The translations under genes and the position numbers were made by a program. A DNA stretch of 64,000 nucleotides from a virus. Each line of letters starts with the position of its first letter. The first letter of the stretch is position 1. Below the pieces are notes generated by a model. It did no database searches, was not told the origin of the DNA, and saw nothing but the letters and a program-made list of their open reading frames with translations. Below are positions 1-9,946 of this stretch, piece after piece. The DNA is taken from positions 9,040 through 73,039 of the IMG/VR virus record IMGVR_UViG_3300021512_000005. The stretch is one strand, 5' to 3'.

Positions 1-368
1 TTTACTGTTGACCAATCACCAGTACGAATACCACGAATAATTTCTGCAACAGCATCAAGTGATGGTTTTAAATGTTTTCCAATTGACCATGCCAATTGTG
101 TTAATTCATTTTTAATTTTTGCTAATGAACCAGCAAGTTGTGGTGTTTGCATAAGAAGTGCAGAAAAACCACCAACACCAATCATTGCCAATGCTTTTCT
201 TAAAAGGTGTGTTTGATTTGTCATACGTTTCATTTCAGTAGTTGTTGATTTACTGGTCATTTGGGTTTTCTTTAATTTATTTACAGTTGAACCAAGACCC
301 GCAAGTAAACCAGCTGCTTTGAAAACTCCTTTTATAGCAATTGATCCAACCATTGAAACAGCACTCAT
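1..368 (-). CDS. Tape measure protein, N-terminal part (runs off the window)
   Basis: Hand-translated ORF from ATG 368 (MSAVSMVGSIAIKGVFKAAGLLAGLGSTVNKLKK...), Ala/Gly-rich and amphipathic. It is open to the window edge and lies directly after the tail tube and tail chaperone genes. Confidence 0.75.
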   Translation of the reverse strand, partial: MSAVSMVGSIAIKGVFKAAGLLAGLGSTVNKLKKTQMTSKSTTTEMKRMTNQTHLLRKALAMIGVGGFSALLMQTPQLAGSLAKIKNELTQLAWSIGKHLKPSLDAVAEIIRGIRTGDWSTV

Positions 369-560
369 TATATTACCTCGTTATTTCTTTTTTTCATTTC
401 TTCTTTTGCATCTAATAATGTTATTATTGCTTCAATATCTCGTCGTGATTCATTATCAATTTGGCTTGGAAGACATTTTAAATAAATTGCAAGATTTATT
501 CGGTTCCATAATGATTTAATATCTGGTGAAACATATTCTGTAAATACTGCTTCTCTTATT
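368..560 (-). CDS. Tail assembly chaperone -1 frameshift extension (gpGT-like)
   Basis: The -1 frame after GGGGAAA is open (IREAVFTEYVSPDIKSLWNRINLAIYLKCLPSQIDNESRRD...NEVI*), has no upstream ATG, and its stop overlaps the tape measure ATG (TAATG). Confidence 0.65.
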
Positions 561-936
561 TCCCCTTCTCGTCCCCCGTAAGTTCTGATGTCATTGCTAA
601 ATGAGAATTTATTTTATCTCTTAGTTTTGGATCCATTAATCGAATAGCAATCCTTTTTTCTTCATAAGTGGCATCTTGCCAATTTTTAAATTTATCCATT
701 TCTTCTGATATTGGAATTTCAAATGGAAGATCAATAATAAATCTTATTAATCTTTCTTCAATTAGTTCTGGTGCTTTTATATTTACTGAATCATCAGGGC
801 TTAATTCAGTAAATTCATCCATTAAAAGATCATGATCATAATTTGTTGGGATTTTTAAAGTAATTAAAAGTTCATTTTCTTCAAAATCAATAGTTACTTT
901 TTTTTCACCTCTTTTAATAAAAAATTTTTTACTCAT
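556..936 (-). CDS. Tail assembly chaperone (gpG-like)
   Basis: Lies upstream of the tape measure gene and ends in AAG GGG AAA TAA, a slippery-type sequence. Confidence 0.7.
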   Translation of the reverse strand: MSKKFFIKRGEKKVTIDFEENELLITLKIPTNYDHDLLMDEFTELSPDDSVNIKAPELIEERLIRFIIDLPFEIPISEEMDKFKNWQDATYEEKRIAIRLMDPKLRDKINSHLAMTSELTGDEKGK

Positions 937-1445
937 AATAGTTCCTCCATATTTTCTTTAAATATATTTTTTGATTCACCTTTTATATATAATAATGATT
1001 TCATAAATGGTTTTAATTCTTTAGCTTTAACATTTATTCCACCTTTCATTAACATTTCTTCTTCTGTTAATCCTAATACTCTTTTTCCCCAATTTGCCAA
1101 AATTGGTTGTGATATATCATATATTGCATTTCCATTTTCATCTTTACCAAGATATTTATAAAATGGAACAAAATGTCTAATAGTTCCAAATTCATGATAA
1201 ATTCCATAATTTACTCCATCTTGACCAATAAACCCAATTTCATCATTTTCTTCAAACATATCATAATGAATTGAATTAAGAAATTCACCGGTATCAATAG
1301 CATTATCACTTATAATTTCTTTTGCATGTTTTTCCCATTCAATTGCAAGGGATTCCATACTTTTATAAATAATATTTTTAATTTGATCTGGAGTTTGATA
1401 TTTAAGTTTATTAAAAAGATCTGACATATCAATAGAAATTTCCAT
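933..1445 (-). CDS. HK97 gp10-like neck/tail-completion protein
   Basis: Motifs 'DTGEFLNSI' and 'YGIYHEFGT', typical of the HK97 gp10 family. Confidence 0.7.
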   Translation of the reverse strand: MEISIDMSDLFNKLKYQTPDQIKNIIYKSMESLAIEWEKHAKEIISDNAIDTGEFLNSIHYDMFEENDEIGFIGQDGVNYGIYHEFGTIRHFVPFYKYLGKDENGNAIYDISQPILANWGKRVLGLTEEEMLMKGGINVKAKELKPFMKSLLYIKGESKNIFKENMEELL

Positions 1446-2429
1446 TTATACCTCTGCTATTGTATAATCAACATTTAAATTATTAGTTTCTTCAACTTTT
1501 ATATTTTTAACTTTAAATGGCAACTCTACTAAAACAATTCCTTCAGTAATATTAAATGGACTTATTGCTGATTCTAAAATTGCATCTTCTAATGTAAATA
1601 CAATTTTATCATTTGTCCCCCGTTCAAATGTTATAGTTGGATCATCATCTGCATACGTACCAGTTTCCCAAAGGTCATATAAATCATCTGTAGCCATTCT
1701 TATTGTCATCGAAGCATTAAATTCTCGTATTTGTGGAATTGGTTCAGCAATACGAAGATTTGTATCATTATTAAGAGTTGGTTCTGCTAATAAATTATTA
1801 TTAATTGTCATCCGGATATTATCAACTTGTGTATATGTTTCACCATTTATTGATACTTCAACATCAGAATAAGCAAAAGGTCTTATTGAATTTACACCTA
1901 CTGCTGGATATTTTTTCATTGCATCACCAGTTTGATAACTGCGAAATGCATGATCAGTTCCATCTTGTGCAATAACTTCCATTGCACATTTAAGAAATTC
2001 ACCTTTTGAACAACTTAAATCCATTTTATTTACCATACAACCCATATAATCAAGAGCATGATCATTTGTATGTTGATATCCAAAATTAAGTGTAAAACTT
2101 GGTAATGTTGTTTCATTAGTTAATGTATGAACACATGGTGGTCCTGCTGAATAAGTATCAGAACCAAATGCAAACATTAACGGTCTGCAATGTTGTACAA
2201 AAAAATCTAAAGTAACACCATAATGTCGTAATGTTTCTATATAATCACTTACATTTCTTGTTTCAACATCAGACATTGAATTAATTGTCATTATATCTGA
2301 TTTTGAGTTTAAGGTTATTGTTTGTACTAAACCGGGCCAAGAATATTTTGATGCACTTGATGCTTGACCATAGGTTGTTTCTTTTGCATACGAACAATAA
2401 GTTCGTTTTCCTAAGAAAAATTCTGTCAT
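1446..2429 (-). CDS. Major tail tube protein
   Basis: N-terminal 'YAKETTYG', 'TLPSFTL', 'YMGCMVNKMDLS'; 327 aa; position upstream of chaperone and tape measure. Confidence 0.75.
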   Translation of the reverse strand: MTEFFLGKRTYCSYAKETTYGQASSASKYSWPGLVQTITLNSKSDIMTINSMSDVETRNVSDYIETLRHYGVTLDFFVQHCRPLMFAFGSDTYSAGPPCVHTLTNETTLPSFTLNFGYQHTNDHALDYMGCMVNKMDLSCSKGEFLKCAMEVIAQDGTDHAFRSYQTGDAMKKYPAVGVNSIRPFAYSDVEVSINGETYTQVDNIRMTINNNLLAEPTLNNDTNLRIAEPIPQIREFNASMTIRMATDDLYDLWETGTYADDDPTITFERGTNDKIVFTLEDAILESAISPFNITEGIVLVELPFKVKNIKVEETNNLNVDYTIAEV

Positions 2430-2450
2430 TTAATTTTAATCCTCCATAAT

Positions 2451-3191
2451 TTATATATATTCTCCAATATTGATTCCAGTAAATTGTACTTGTATTTCAA
2501 ATCTATAAATACCTATTTCTTCATCAAAATTAATAGGTTGATATGAAATTAATCTATAATTCCATAAATTTTTTTCTGTCCAATTTCGCCAATTATCACG
2601 TAAATATTTATTTATTTCCTGCGCTATTAATCTTATAAGTTCATTTCCAGATGCTTTTCGACTATATGAAATTTTAAATATAGTTCCATTATCAGGTTTA
2701 TCTCCATTCAACCATTCAATAGAATCAAATAAGCCATCTTCATCATTATCTTTAATTTTATAATCTGTATTTTTAATAAATGTATGTCCAAGAACTCCTA
2801 ATAATGTTCCTGTTATTAATGAAATTGATGATATTGGTAAATTTGTAAGTTCATAAATATCAGTTCCTGTTTCAAAAATATACTCTTCTGCTATTGTTGT
2901 TTCAATATCACAAATGAGATCTCTAACAGTCCAAACTGTTATTTTTAAAGTTTCAGTTTCCAAATGATCAGTTGATTGCATTCCAATTTCATTTACAGTA
3001 GATTTTCCAATACTTTCCACAGATATTCTTGGAAAATTATTTTTATTATTCATTAATTTTGTGATCATTGGAGAATCTGGATAAATCCAATTTTTAAAAG
3101 TAGAACTACGATTTATAGAATTATAATCAGTTAAATTTTTTCTGAGTTTCCCAACAATAAATTGAGATAATGATATATTTTCTAATGTCAT
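2451..3191 (-). CDS. Putative tail terminator/completion protein
   Basis: 'FPRISVE' motif and position before the tail tube gene. Confidence 0.5.
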   Translation of the reverse strand: MTLENISLSQFIVGKLRKNLTDYNSINRSSTFKNWIYPDSPMITKLMNNKNNFPRISVESIGKSTVNEIGMQSTDHLETETLKITVWTVRDLICDIETTIAEEYIFETGTDIYELTNLPISSISLITGTLLGVLGHTFIKNTDYKIKDNDEDGLFDSIEWLNGDKPDNGTIFKISYSRKASGNELIRLIAQEINKYLRDNWRNWTEKNLWNYRLISYQPINFDEEIGIYRFEIQVQFTGINIGEYI

Positions 3192-3276
3192 ATAATAGAA
3201 CCCTCTTGGGCAACATTTTAAATAAATATTACTCTTGTAATATAGAAGATTTTAAAAAAAGAGATCTTCTAAACTC

Positions 3277-3549
3277 TTAATAATATTTTAAATGATGTTT
3301 TTGTGCACGTTTTAAATTTCTTAAACGTTCACCAGCATCTTTTGGTAATTCACTAACTGAATCTTTTTTATTTCCAAAAGCATTAGAAATCATTTCTTTT
3401 ATACTTTTTTTCTTTCTTGGATGTTTATCTTTAGAACCTTTAAGTCTAAATTTTTTTAATTCTGATTCAGTTTTTAATAATTCATTTAAACAAGATATAT
3501 GCCATTCGGCAGATTTTATTATTTCATCTTCCATTTTAACCACTCTCAA
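3277..3549 (-). CDS. Small basic protein with LKK-FRLKGSKDK motif (putative internal virion protein)
   Basis: Shares FRLKGSKDKxxRK with 4109..4336; late promoter motif upstream. Confidence 0.45.
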   Translation of the reverse strand: MRVVKMEDEIIKSAEWHISCLNELLKTESELKKFRLKGSKDKHPRKKKSIKEMISNAFGNKKDSVSELPKDAGERLRNLKRAQKHHLKYY

Positions 3550-3567
3550 TAATATAATTATTTTTAA

Positions 3568-4116
3568 TTAAGATTTATGTTTTAATTTATAATTTTCTAA
3601 TTTTAGTTGCATCATTCTTTCTTCGGCATATTTTCGTGCTTTTTTCTCAGCATCCAATGAATTTTTTAAATCTTTTAATTGTATTTCTAATCGTGCATTT
3701 TTTTCTTCAAGATGTTTTAATTGATTTAAAGTTTCAGGATTATCAATAACTTTTGGTTGTCTTTTATTTCTTGTTTCTATACCTTTAGAAGCAGCATAAT
3801 TTGTAAATGATTGTGCAGTTAATTTTATTTTATTATTTTTATCAATTAATCCAGAATGATATAATTCTTTTTTAATATTTTCTGGTTCCAAATCAATCAT
3901 AACTTGAATTTGATCTTTAATTTTAGCACCACTATCTCCCAATTGCCTTAATTCTAAAATTTCATTTTTAATTTTTTGTGGTAATAATTCTATTTTACTT
4001 TTATGCCCAAGTCTTTGTTTACGCTGAAATGTTAAACCACTTTTTCTGTGAACTGTTACATAACCTTCATGGGTTCCACGTTCATTTTTTAATAATGATA
4101 ATTTAATTTCAATCAT
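3568..4116 (-). CDS. Leader-family protein (ERGTHEG leader plus helical/coiled-coil C-terminus)
   Basis: N-terminus MIEIKLSLLK-NERGTHEGYVTVHRKSGLTFQRKQRLG matches the leaders in the 16.7-28.4 kb array. Confidence 0.65.
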   Translation of the reverse strand: MIEIKLSLLKNERGTHEGYVTVHRKSGLTFQRKQRLGHKSKIELLPQKIKNEILELRQLGDSGAKIKDQIQVMIDLEPENIKKELYHSGLIDKNNKIKLTAQSFTNYAASKGIETRNKRQPKVIDNPETLNQLKHLEEKNARLEIQLKDLKNSLDAEKKARKYAEERMMQLKLENYKLKHKS

Positions 4117-4336
4117 TTTTATAATCCTTTAAATTTAATTCAATTTTTTTAGGTCGATATTCATAATAAATTGCACCTGTTTTAGGATCAATAATTTTAA
4201 CTTTTTCTTTTTCTTCAGAATTTTTTATAGATCCAAAAGTACGATAGCCTGGGAGTTCAATATTATTATTACTTTTACTTTTTCGTTTCTTTTTATCTTT
4301 AGACCCTTTAAGTCTAAATTTTGTTAATTCATCCAT
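4109..4336 (-). CDS. Small basic protein, LTK-FRLKGSKDK motif and C-terminal KIELNL motif
   Basis: Motifs shared with 3277..3549 and with the leader family. Confidence 0.45.
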   Translation of the reverse strand: MDELTKFRLKGSKDKKKRKSKSNNNIELPGYRTFGSIKNSEEKEKVKIIDPKTGAIYYEYRPKKIELNLKDYKND

Positions 4337-4722
4337 TATCCTGCCCTCTTTTGTCTTAATAGTTGAATAAATCCAGATGCTAGATTTTTTTCAGGTTTAT
4401 CAAAATCCATTCGAGTTTTAAAATATAAATTTTTAAATTCTTGTACTAAATTACCCTTTACTGATGAAGGATATTTTTCTTGAAATTTTTTTATTCTATT
4501 AATTGCATCTTCAGGTGATTTTGCAATCATTATTATTTGTGCGAACATATCTTCATGAGGTTCATTTTTACCTGGAGATCTATATAATTTTTCTTTATAA
4601 AATTTTTGCCATTGATGCCATCTTTCTTTTTCTGAAGATTCTATTCTACGAATATGTGCTTTTGCTCGTGGTGATGCTTTTACATAAACTTCTTTTATTT
4701 TTTGTAAATTAATTTCAATCAT
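4336..4722 (-). CDS. Leader-family protein (MIEINLQK leader), unknown C-terminus
   Basis: Likely start is ATG 4722. MIEINLQK-IKEVYVKASPRAKAHIR resembles the leader of 16679..18076. Confidence 0.55.
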   Translation of the reverse strand: MIEINLQKIKEVYVKASPRAKAHIRRIESSEKERWHQWQKFYKEKLYRSPGKNEPHEDMFAQIIMIAKSPEDAINRIKKFQEKYPSSVKGNLVQEFKNLYFKTRMDFDKPEKNLASGFIQLLRQKRAG

Positions 4723-5137
4723 GTGCAATTTTTCTAAGATGATAACGTGCAAATATCGGTTCCCAGTCCACTAAAGATGTTTTAACATCATAAGCAATTT
4801 CTGCAAGTTGTTCTATTTGATATTCAACATTTTCATAAATTATATGATCATATCGAATTTCAGTTTCTGAAATTTGTTTTGATTTAATTACATTATCAGA
4901 ATACCAAAAATAAGCAGTTAAATCACCCGATTGTAAACTTCCAATTGGATAATATTTTTCTTGATATGATGCTGGAGATATAATACCAGTTATAATAGTA
5001 TCTGTATATATTTGATTAATTATATTACCCATTTCATCAATTGTTTGTGTAATAATTCGATGAATAACATCTTTTCCACCAAATTTCATAATTTGATTAA
5101 AATGGTTTTTCATTCCAGCCTTAATTGATGCAGACAT
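4715..5137 (-). CDS. Head-closure/head-tail adaptor protein
   Basis: Size, position, and a 'DEMGN...DHIIYENVEYQI' pattern like SPP1 gp16-type proteins. Confidence 0.55.
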   Translation of the reverse strand: MSASIKAGMKNHFNQIMKFGGKDVIHRIITQTIDEMGNIINQIYTDTIITGIISPASYQEKYYPIGSLQSGDLTAYFWYSDNVIKSKQISETEIRYDHIIYENVEYQIEQLAEIAYDVKTSLVDWEPIFARYHLRKIAHD

Positions 5138-5174
5138 TTATTTAACCTCATAATATAATTATTTTTAAAAAATT

Positions 5175-6113
5175 TTATACAATTACAACAGACATACGTA
5201 AACGTCCGATATCTGCTAAAAGTTTATTTTTTTCTTTTTCAAGTTGTTCGTATGCTTTTGATGCTGATGTATATTGTTCACCAAGTGCTATTGATAGACC
5301 TGCAGCACTATAACTTGTAACATTGTCATAAGAACTCCCAACAAATTTTATTAAAACACTTTGTCCTGCTAAAATTGAACATAAATGATTAATTTTATTT
5401 GGAACTTGATCAAAACCATAAATATAAACTACTTTAATTCTATGTTTTTGATGTTCAAAACTATATCCACTATTTAATGTTAATTTACCAGTATTATTAT
5501 CTATCCAATATTCATCAGAATTATAAGTTTTATATAAATTACCTTTAATATTATATTCTTGTACTGATTCAATTGTTCGAATTGGAGTATAAGTTAAAAA
5601 TATAGTATCAATTATAAGATTGGGATCATCAACATTACTATCAAACCATTCGGTTTTTGTAGTAGAATAATTAAATGATTTTCCAAAATGGCTATCTATC
5701 CATCCCATTGCACTTCGAATATAATTTATTACTTCATTTCTATCTGCAACATCAGATTCCATACCACATCTATTATAAACATCTTCTACACTACAATAAA
5801 ATCGTTCTTCAGAATCACGTACATAAAATTGATTACTTTCTTGATCAGTTTGAGTTCCAATTACTGCTGCCCATTTACTGATCCACCAACCAGTCATTGC
5901 ATCATCAGCAATTGTATAATCATAATAATATACTCCAGTTGAAGATTTAATAATTTCTCCACTCACAAAAGTTTTTGTAGTAATTAATAACCCTTTAGGA
6001 TCATAAATTTTTAGTTCTATAGTATCTGGATCATATAATGTATCATTAGAATCACTATAAGTATTTTGTATACGAATCGTTTCGCCTCGATCCCATTCTT
6101 TTATTTCTACCAT
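5175..6113 (-). CDS. Head-tail connector (gp6/gp15-like) with N-terminal Ig-like domain
   Basis: 'YCSVEDV', 'WIDSHFG', 'VYIYGFDQVP' connector motifs; N-terminal 'STGVYYYDY' beta-sandwich. Confidence 0.65.
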   Translation of the reverse strand: MVEIKEWDRGETIRIQNTYSDSNDTLYDPDTIELKIYDPKGLLITTKTFVSGEIIKSSTGVYYYDYTIADDAMTGWWISKWAAVIGTQTDQESNQFYVRDSEERFYCSVEDVYNRCGMESDVADRNEVINYIRSAMGWIDSHFGKSFNYSTTKTEWFDSNVDDPNLIIDTIFLTYTPIRTIESVQEYNIKGNLYKTYNSDEYWIDNNTGKLTLNSGYSFEHQKHRIKVVYIYGFDQVPNKINHLCSILAGQSVLIKFVGSSYDNVTSYSAAGLSIALGEQYTSASKAYEQLEKEKNKLLADIGRLRMSVVIV

Positions 6114-6123
6114 TTTTACTCTC

Positions 6124-7557
6124 CTATGTATAATTTATTATTGATTTTCTTGGATTTATATAATTTATTGATGATTTTCTTGGATTTATATAATTTATTG
6201 AAGATCTTATTATTAATCCTTGTAAAATCATATTACATGTATAATTTTTCCCTGGATTTTTTACTAATATTAAATCAGATAAATATGATAATTTAATATC
6301 ATTTAATCTAATTAAAATATTATTTGAATATGATTTTATAATATTTTTTAATTTAATTTGTAAATCAGATGAATATTGATTATCTAATTTTAATTTTTGA
6401 AGTAATAAATTAGAACTATAATCTGATATAATATCAAGTTTTTTAATTAAAATATCATTATTATATTCTTTCTCATTATGTATTAATAATAATAAATCTG
6501 TTGTAAATGATAATATATTATCAATTTTTTTAATTAAAGTATCTGTTAAATATGATAATGAAATATCATTTAATTTAATTAAAATATTATTTGAATATGA
6601 TTTTATAATATTTTTTAATTTAATTTGTAAATCAGATGAATATTGGTTATCTAATTTTAATTTTTTAAGTAATAAATTAGAACTATAATTTGATATAATA
6701 TCAAGTTTTTTAATTAAAATATCATTTGTATATTCATTTTTATAACAAGATGATAAAATTAAATCAGTTGTATAAGATAATATAACATTAATATTTTTAA
6801 TTAAAACATCATTTGAATATGATTTATCAATATTTAATAATTCTAATAATAAATCATTTGTATATGATTTAATATCTTGTAATGATAATAATAAGTCTGA
6901 TGTAACTTCATTTGTTAATCCAAAATTTTTAATTAAAGTATTAATTGAATAATTTTTATTAATATCTAATGATTCTAATAATAAATCATTTGTATATGAT
7001 TTAATATCTTGTAATGATAATAATAAATCTGATGTAACTTCATTTGTTAATCCAAAATTTTTAATTAAAATATTAGTTGAATATGATTTATTAATATTTA
7101 AAGATTTTAATAATAAATCATTTGTATATAGTTTATTTGATTTTAAAAGTAATATTAAATCTGATGTAATTTCATTTATTAAATTTAATTTTTTAATTAA
7201 AATATTAGATGTATAATCATTAATTACTGAAGTACTTTTTAATGAATTAAATTTAGTTGTATTAAATTTTATTGAATTAAATCCACCACGACTTAAATTA
7301 AAATTTTTAATAAATAAATCTGTAGTATAAGATTTATCTTCATTTATTTTTTTAAGTAAAATATCATTTGTATAATTATTAAATATAGATTTTAAAAATA
7401 ATATATTTGATGTATAATCTTTTGTTATTCCTATTTTTTTAATTAATAAATCTAAAGAATAAGGTTTTTGAATATTTAATTTTTTTAATAAAGTATCATT
7501 TGTATATAATTTAATAAAATTATTATCATTTTGATTAAACAATAATGTCAGTGTCAT
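6124..7557 (-). CDS. Repetitive low-complexity virion-associated protein
   Basis: Many ~14-15-aa repeats (YT/SxDLLLK); extremely AT-rich; inside the structural module. Confidence 0.5.
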   Translation of the reverse strand: MTLTLLFNQNDNNFIKLYTNDTLLKKLNIQKPYSLDLLIKKIGITKDYTSNILFLKSIFNNYTNDILLKKINEDKSYTTDLFIKNFNLSRGGFNSIKFNTTKFNSLKSTSVINDYTSNILIKKLNLINEITSDLILLLKSNKLYTNDLLLKSLNINKSYSTNILIKNFGLTNEVTSDLLLSLQDIKSYTNDLLLESLDINKNYSINTLIKNFGLTNEVTSDLLLSLQDIKSYTNDLLLELLNIDKSYSNDVLIKNINVILSYTTDLILSSCYKNEYTNDILIKKLDIISNYSSNLLLKKLKLDNQYSSDLQIKLKNIIKSYSNNILIKLNDISLSYLTDTLIKKIDNILSFTTDLLLLIHNEKEYNNDILIKKLDIISDYSSNLLLQKLKLDNQYSSDLQIKLKNIIKSYSNNILIRLNDIKLSYLSDLILVKNPGKNYTCNMILQGLIIRSSINYINPRKSSINYINPRKSIINYT

Positions 7558-8459
7558 GCTATCACCGCAGTTGGTTCGGGGGAGGTGTATTTATGGACGA
7601 AAATCCAATCATGTCTTGATGTTACAGACTCACTCGTTCCCTTGACTCCGATGTAAATGTACATATCATAATCAGAATGTTGCCAATTCTCTTCATATAC
7701 ACTGTCCCATATTGATTTTTTTATCCGGAATTTTGTTAAATACGGACTATTATATTCAATAGACATCTCTATTGTATGCCAGTTAGATGGAGAGAAACCC
7801 GAAAAATAATAATTATCTGACCAATCGACACCCATGCTTCCATTGACTATAGATCTAACTCGCCCTATATTATCGTATCTATTCAGAGAATATCCATCTT
7901 GCCCACTTGCACCGTAAGGACTGGAAGTCTCTGTAGTCTTGACATCACCTAACAGCCAATGCTGTCTATCTACACCTGATATGATTTTTGTTTTCCATCT
8001 TACCGCTTTACCACGTACATCAAAAGATGTTTTACTAACAACAAATTCATCATTTATACATTCTAATTGAGCATCAATTTCTGTAGGAGAATTTCTTAAT
8101 TCCCATTTGTCAGTATTGAGTCCATCAATTGTAAAATCATCAAAGAAATCAAAAGTCACATCACCATCACTCATACTATCCACATCTCCGTGCATCAATC
8201 TAACTGCTGACACTTTGCTTCCAGTGATATTCGGAATCTCTGCCCATATTGTATTTGAGTCTTCCTCCCAGTAATTAACAATCTGCAAATTCTCATCCAC
8301 AAATCTTACCCCTTGCTTATCAACATAGTTAGACACATCTACAATGACCTGATAATCTGTCAGTTCAGATGAATTGCTCCTGTTATCGATGTTAATCTCC
8401 CTGGTCGGAAGATCGTCCAGTATCGGATCAGCAAAATGATCCTGGATTGATAGTGTCAT
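7554..8459 (-). CDS. DUF2341-like domain protein (putative adhesion/decoration protein)
   Basis: 'LTDYQV', 'VRFVD...NYWEE', 'IWAEIP', 'TFDFFDDF' and C-terminal 'DWIFVHKYTSPEP' are characteristic of DUF2341 proteins. Confidence 0.7.
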   Translation of the reverse strand: MTLSIQDHFADPILDDLPTREINIDNRSNSSELTDYQVIVDVSNYVDKQGVRFVDENLQIVNYWEEDSNTIWAEIPNITGSKVSAVRLMHGDVDSMSDGDVTFDFFDDFTIDGLNTDKWELRNSPTEIDAQLECINDEFVVSKTSFDVRGKAVRWKTKIISGVDRQHWLLGDVKTTETSSPYGASGQDGYSLNRYDNIGRVRSIVNGSMGVDWSDNYYFSGFSPSNWHTIEMSIEYNSPYLTKFRIKKSIWDSVYEENWQHSDYDMYIYIGVKGTSESVTSRHDWIFVHKYTSPEPTAVIA

Positions 8460-8695
8460 ACTTTTTTAATAGTGTATATATCAGATATATCGATTGATTG
8501 TTTCTTACAAATCCGCTTCATCATTTCCTCAGTCGGATCAATTATTGGAGATGGTTCTGGTGGGATGGGCTCTTCAGTAACCTCTTCCCACTGACGTGAT
8601 GTGGGATGATCTTCTCGCATGATTCGCTTTATTATCATCATACCATTCTTTTTATCCTTTATCCTTTCTTCTTTTACAAGTATTATCATATTCAT
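8456..8695 (-). CDS. Hypothetical protein
   Basis: ORF with overlapping start/stop inside the structural operon. Confidence 0.5.
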   Translation of the reverse strand: MNMIILVKEERIKDKKNGMMIIKRIMREDHPTSRQWEEVTEEPIPPEPSPIIDPTEEMMKRICKKQSIDISDIYTIKKV

Positions 8696-9399
8696 TCCTC
8701 TACTGCAATCTCGACATAAGTTTTCGATGTACCAGCATCATACGACATCCGAACATCAAACGTATCTGTTGATCCGGCTGTGTGCCCCCAAATATCGATC
8801 TTCGCATATAGTTTTTGAGATGCTTCCAGTATTTCATTACTGAGATCAAGCAATGCTACCACTGATTTTTCGAGGTAAGTGGTGGTATTGTTCTGCATGT
8901 CTACTGATACGGTTCTTGTCGATCCGAGTTGAGTTGATGTACCAGCAGAATCGATTTTGTATAAAGAGAATTTCACACTATCGATGTATGCAGTATCAGT
9001 TGTTCCGGACGATTTCACTGCGACTGTAGTGCGAAATCTTATCGTACCGTTCAGCTGGAGTGTCTCAAGTATTTTTTCATCAAGATAAAAACTCTTTGAA
9101 AAAATATATGCAGATGTTGTATTTGTGTTTCCTATACCTTCCCCTTCATTTTCAACTCCCTCAAGATCAGATGGCATTGGTCTACGTGTAAGGATATATT
9201 TTGTTGTAGTTGATCCATCTGGTAAAGTAATTATTTCATCACCTAAATGTTGTGCATATAATGTTAACCAATTTAATATTCCAGCACGCATTGGTACTAC
9301 AGCTTGCATATTAACATCAGTAGAATTAACAGATCGTTCTATTGTTCTAACATATTCACCAGATGTTTGATCTGTTACCATTATTTCTGTATCTGTCAT
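8692..9399 (-). CDS. Hypothetical beta-rich virion protein
   Basis: Thr/Ser-rich beta-strand pattern; operonic position. Confidence 0.5.
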   Translation of the reverse strand: MTDTEIMVTDQTSGEYVRTIERSVNSTDVNMQAVVPMRAGILNWLTLYAQHLGDEIITLPDGSTTTKYILTRRPMPSDLEGVENEGEGIGNTNTTSAYIFSKSFYLDEKILETLQLNGTIRFRTTVAVKSSGTTDTAYIDSVKFSLYKIDSAGTSTQLGSTRTVSVDMQNNTTTYLEKSVVALLDLSNEILEASQKLYAKIDIWGHTAGSTDTFDVRMSYDAGTSKTYVEIAVEE

Positions 9400-9400
9400 T

Positions 9401-9946
9401 TTATTTTACCTCTTTATTCCGTAATCTTGATAATACAAATTCATGTGCATCTATTTTACCATCAAGAATTGCTTTCTCAATATCAATACCTTTTGAATAG
9501 TTATCAGATTTAGAAGTTTCATCATCCCAGAATTGTTTCGATTTGGATTTTTTCATGCTGATATGTGCCATTAGATAATTTTCCTGATCTTGGAGGACTT
9601 GTTTGCCTCGTGATGGTATTTTTATATCTGCTCGAAGATGTGGATCGATTAAAAGTATTTTAGCAATTTCATCAATTTCAGGATCGATAATATCAAGATT
9701 TTCAAGATTGCTATTAGGATGTTTTAACTGAATTAAATTTTTAGCTTGTTCATCTGTAATTTTGATTATATCTGGATCAGCAAGAATCGTATCAATTTGT
9801 TTTGGTGTGCCCGCGACTCGACACAAGCATTTACCATTTAGCAGTTCCATCATCGATGAACTAATGTCCTGATCTATTAAATATGGTCGTATTGGATCTT
9901 CGTCCATTCCTGTTCCAATTATTTTAGTTTGTATCCATAATTTCAT
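9401..9946 (-). CDS. Hypothetical protein
   Basis: Operonic ORF; N-terminal 'GTGMDEDPIRP'. Confidence 0.5.
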   Translation of the reverse strand: MKLWIQTKIIGTGMDEDPIRPYLIDQDISSSMMELLNGKCLCRVAGTPKQIDTILADPDIIKITDEQAKNLIQLKHPNSNLENLDIIDPEIDEIAKILLIDPHLRADIKIPSRGKQVLQDQENYLMAHISMKKSKSKQFWDDETSKSDNYSKGIDIEKAILDGKIDAHEFVLSRLRNKEVK

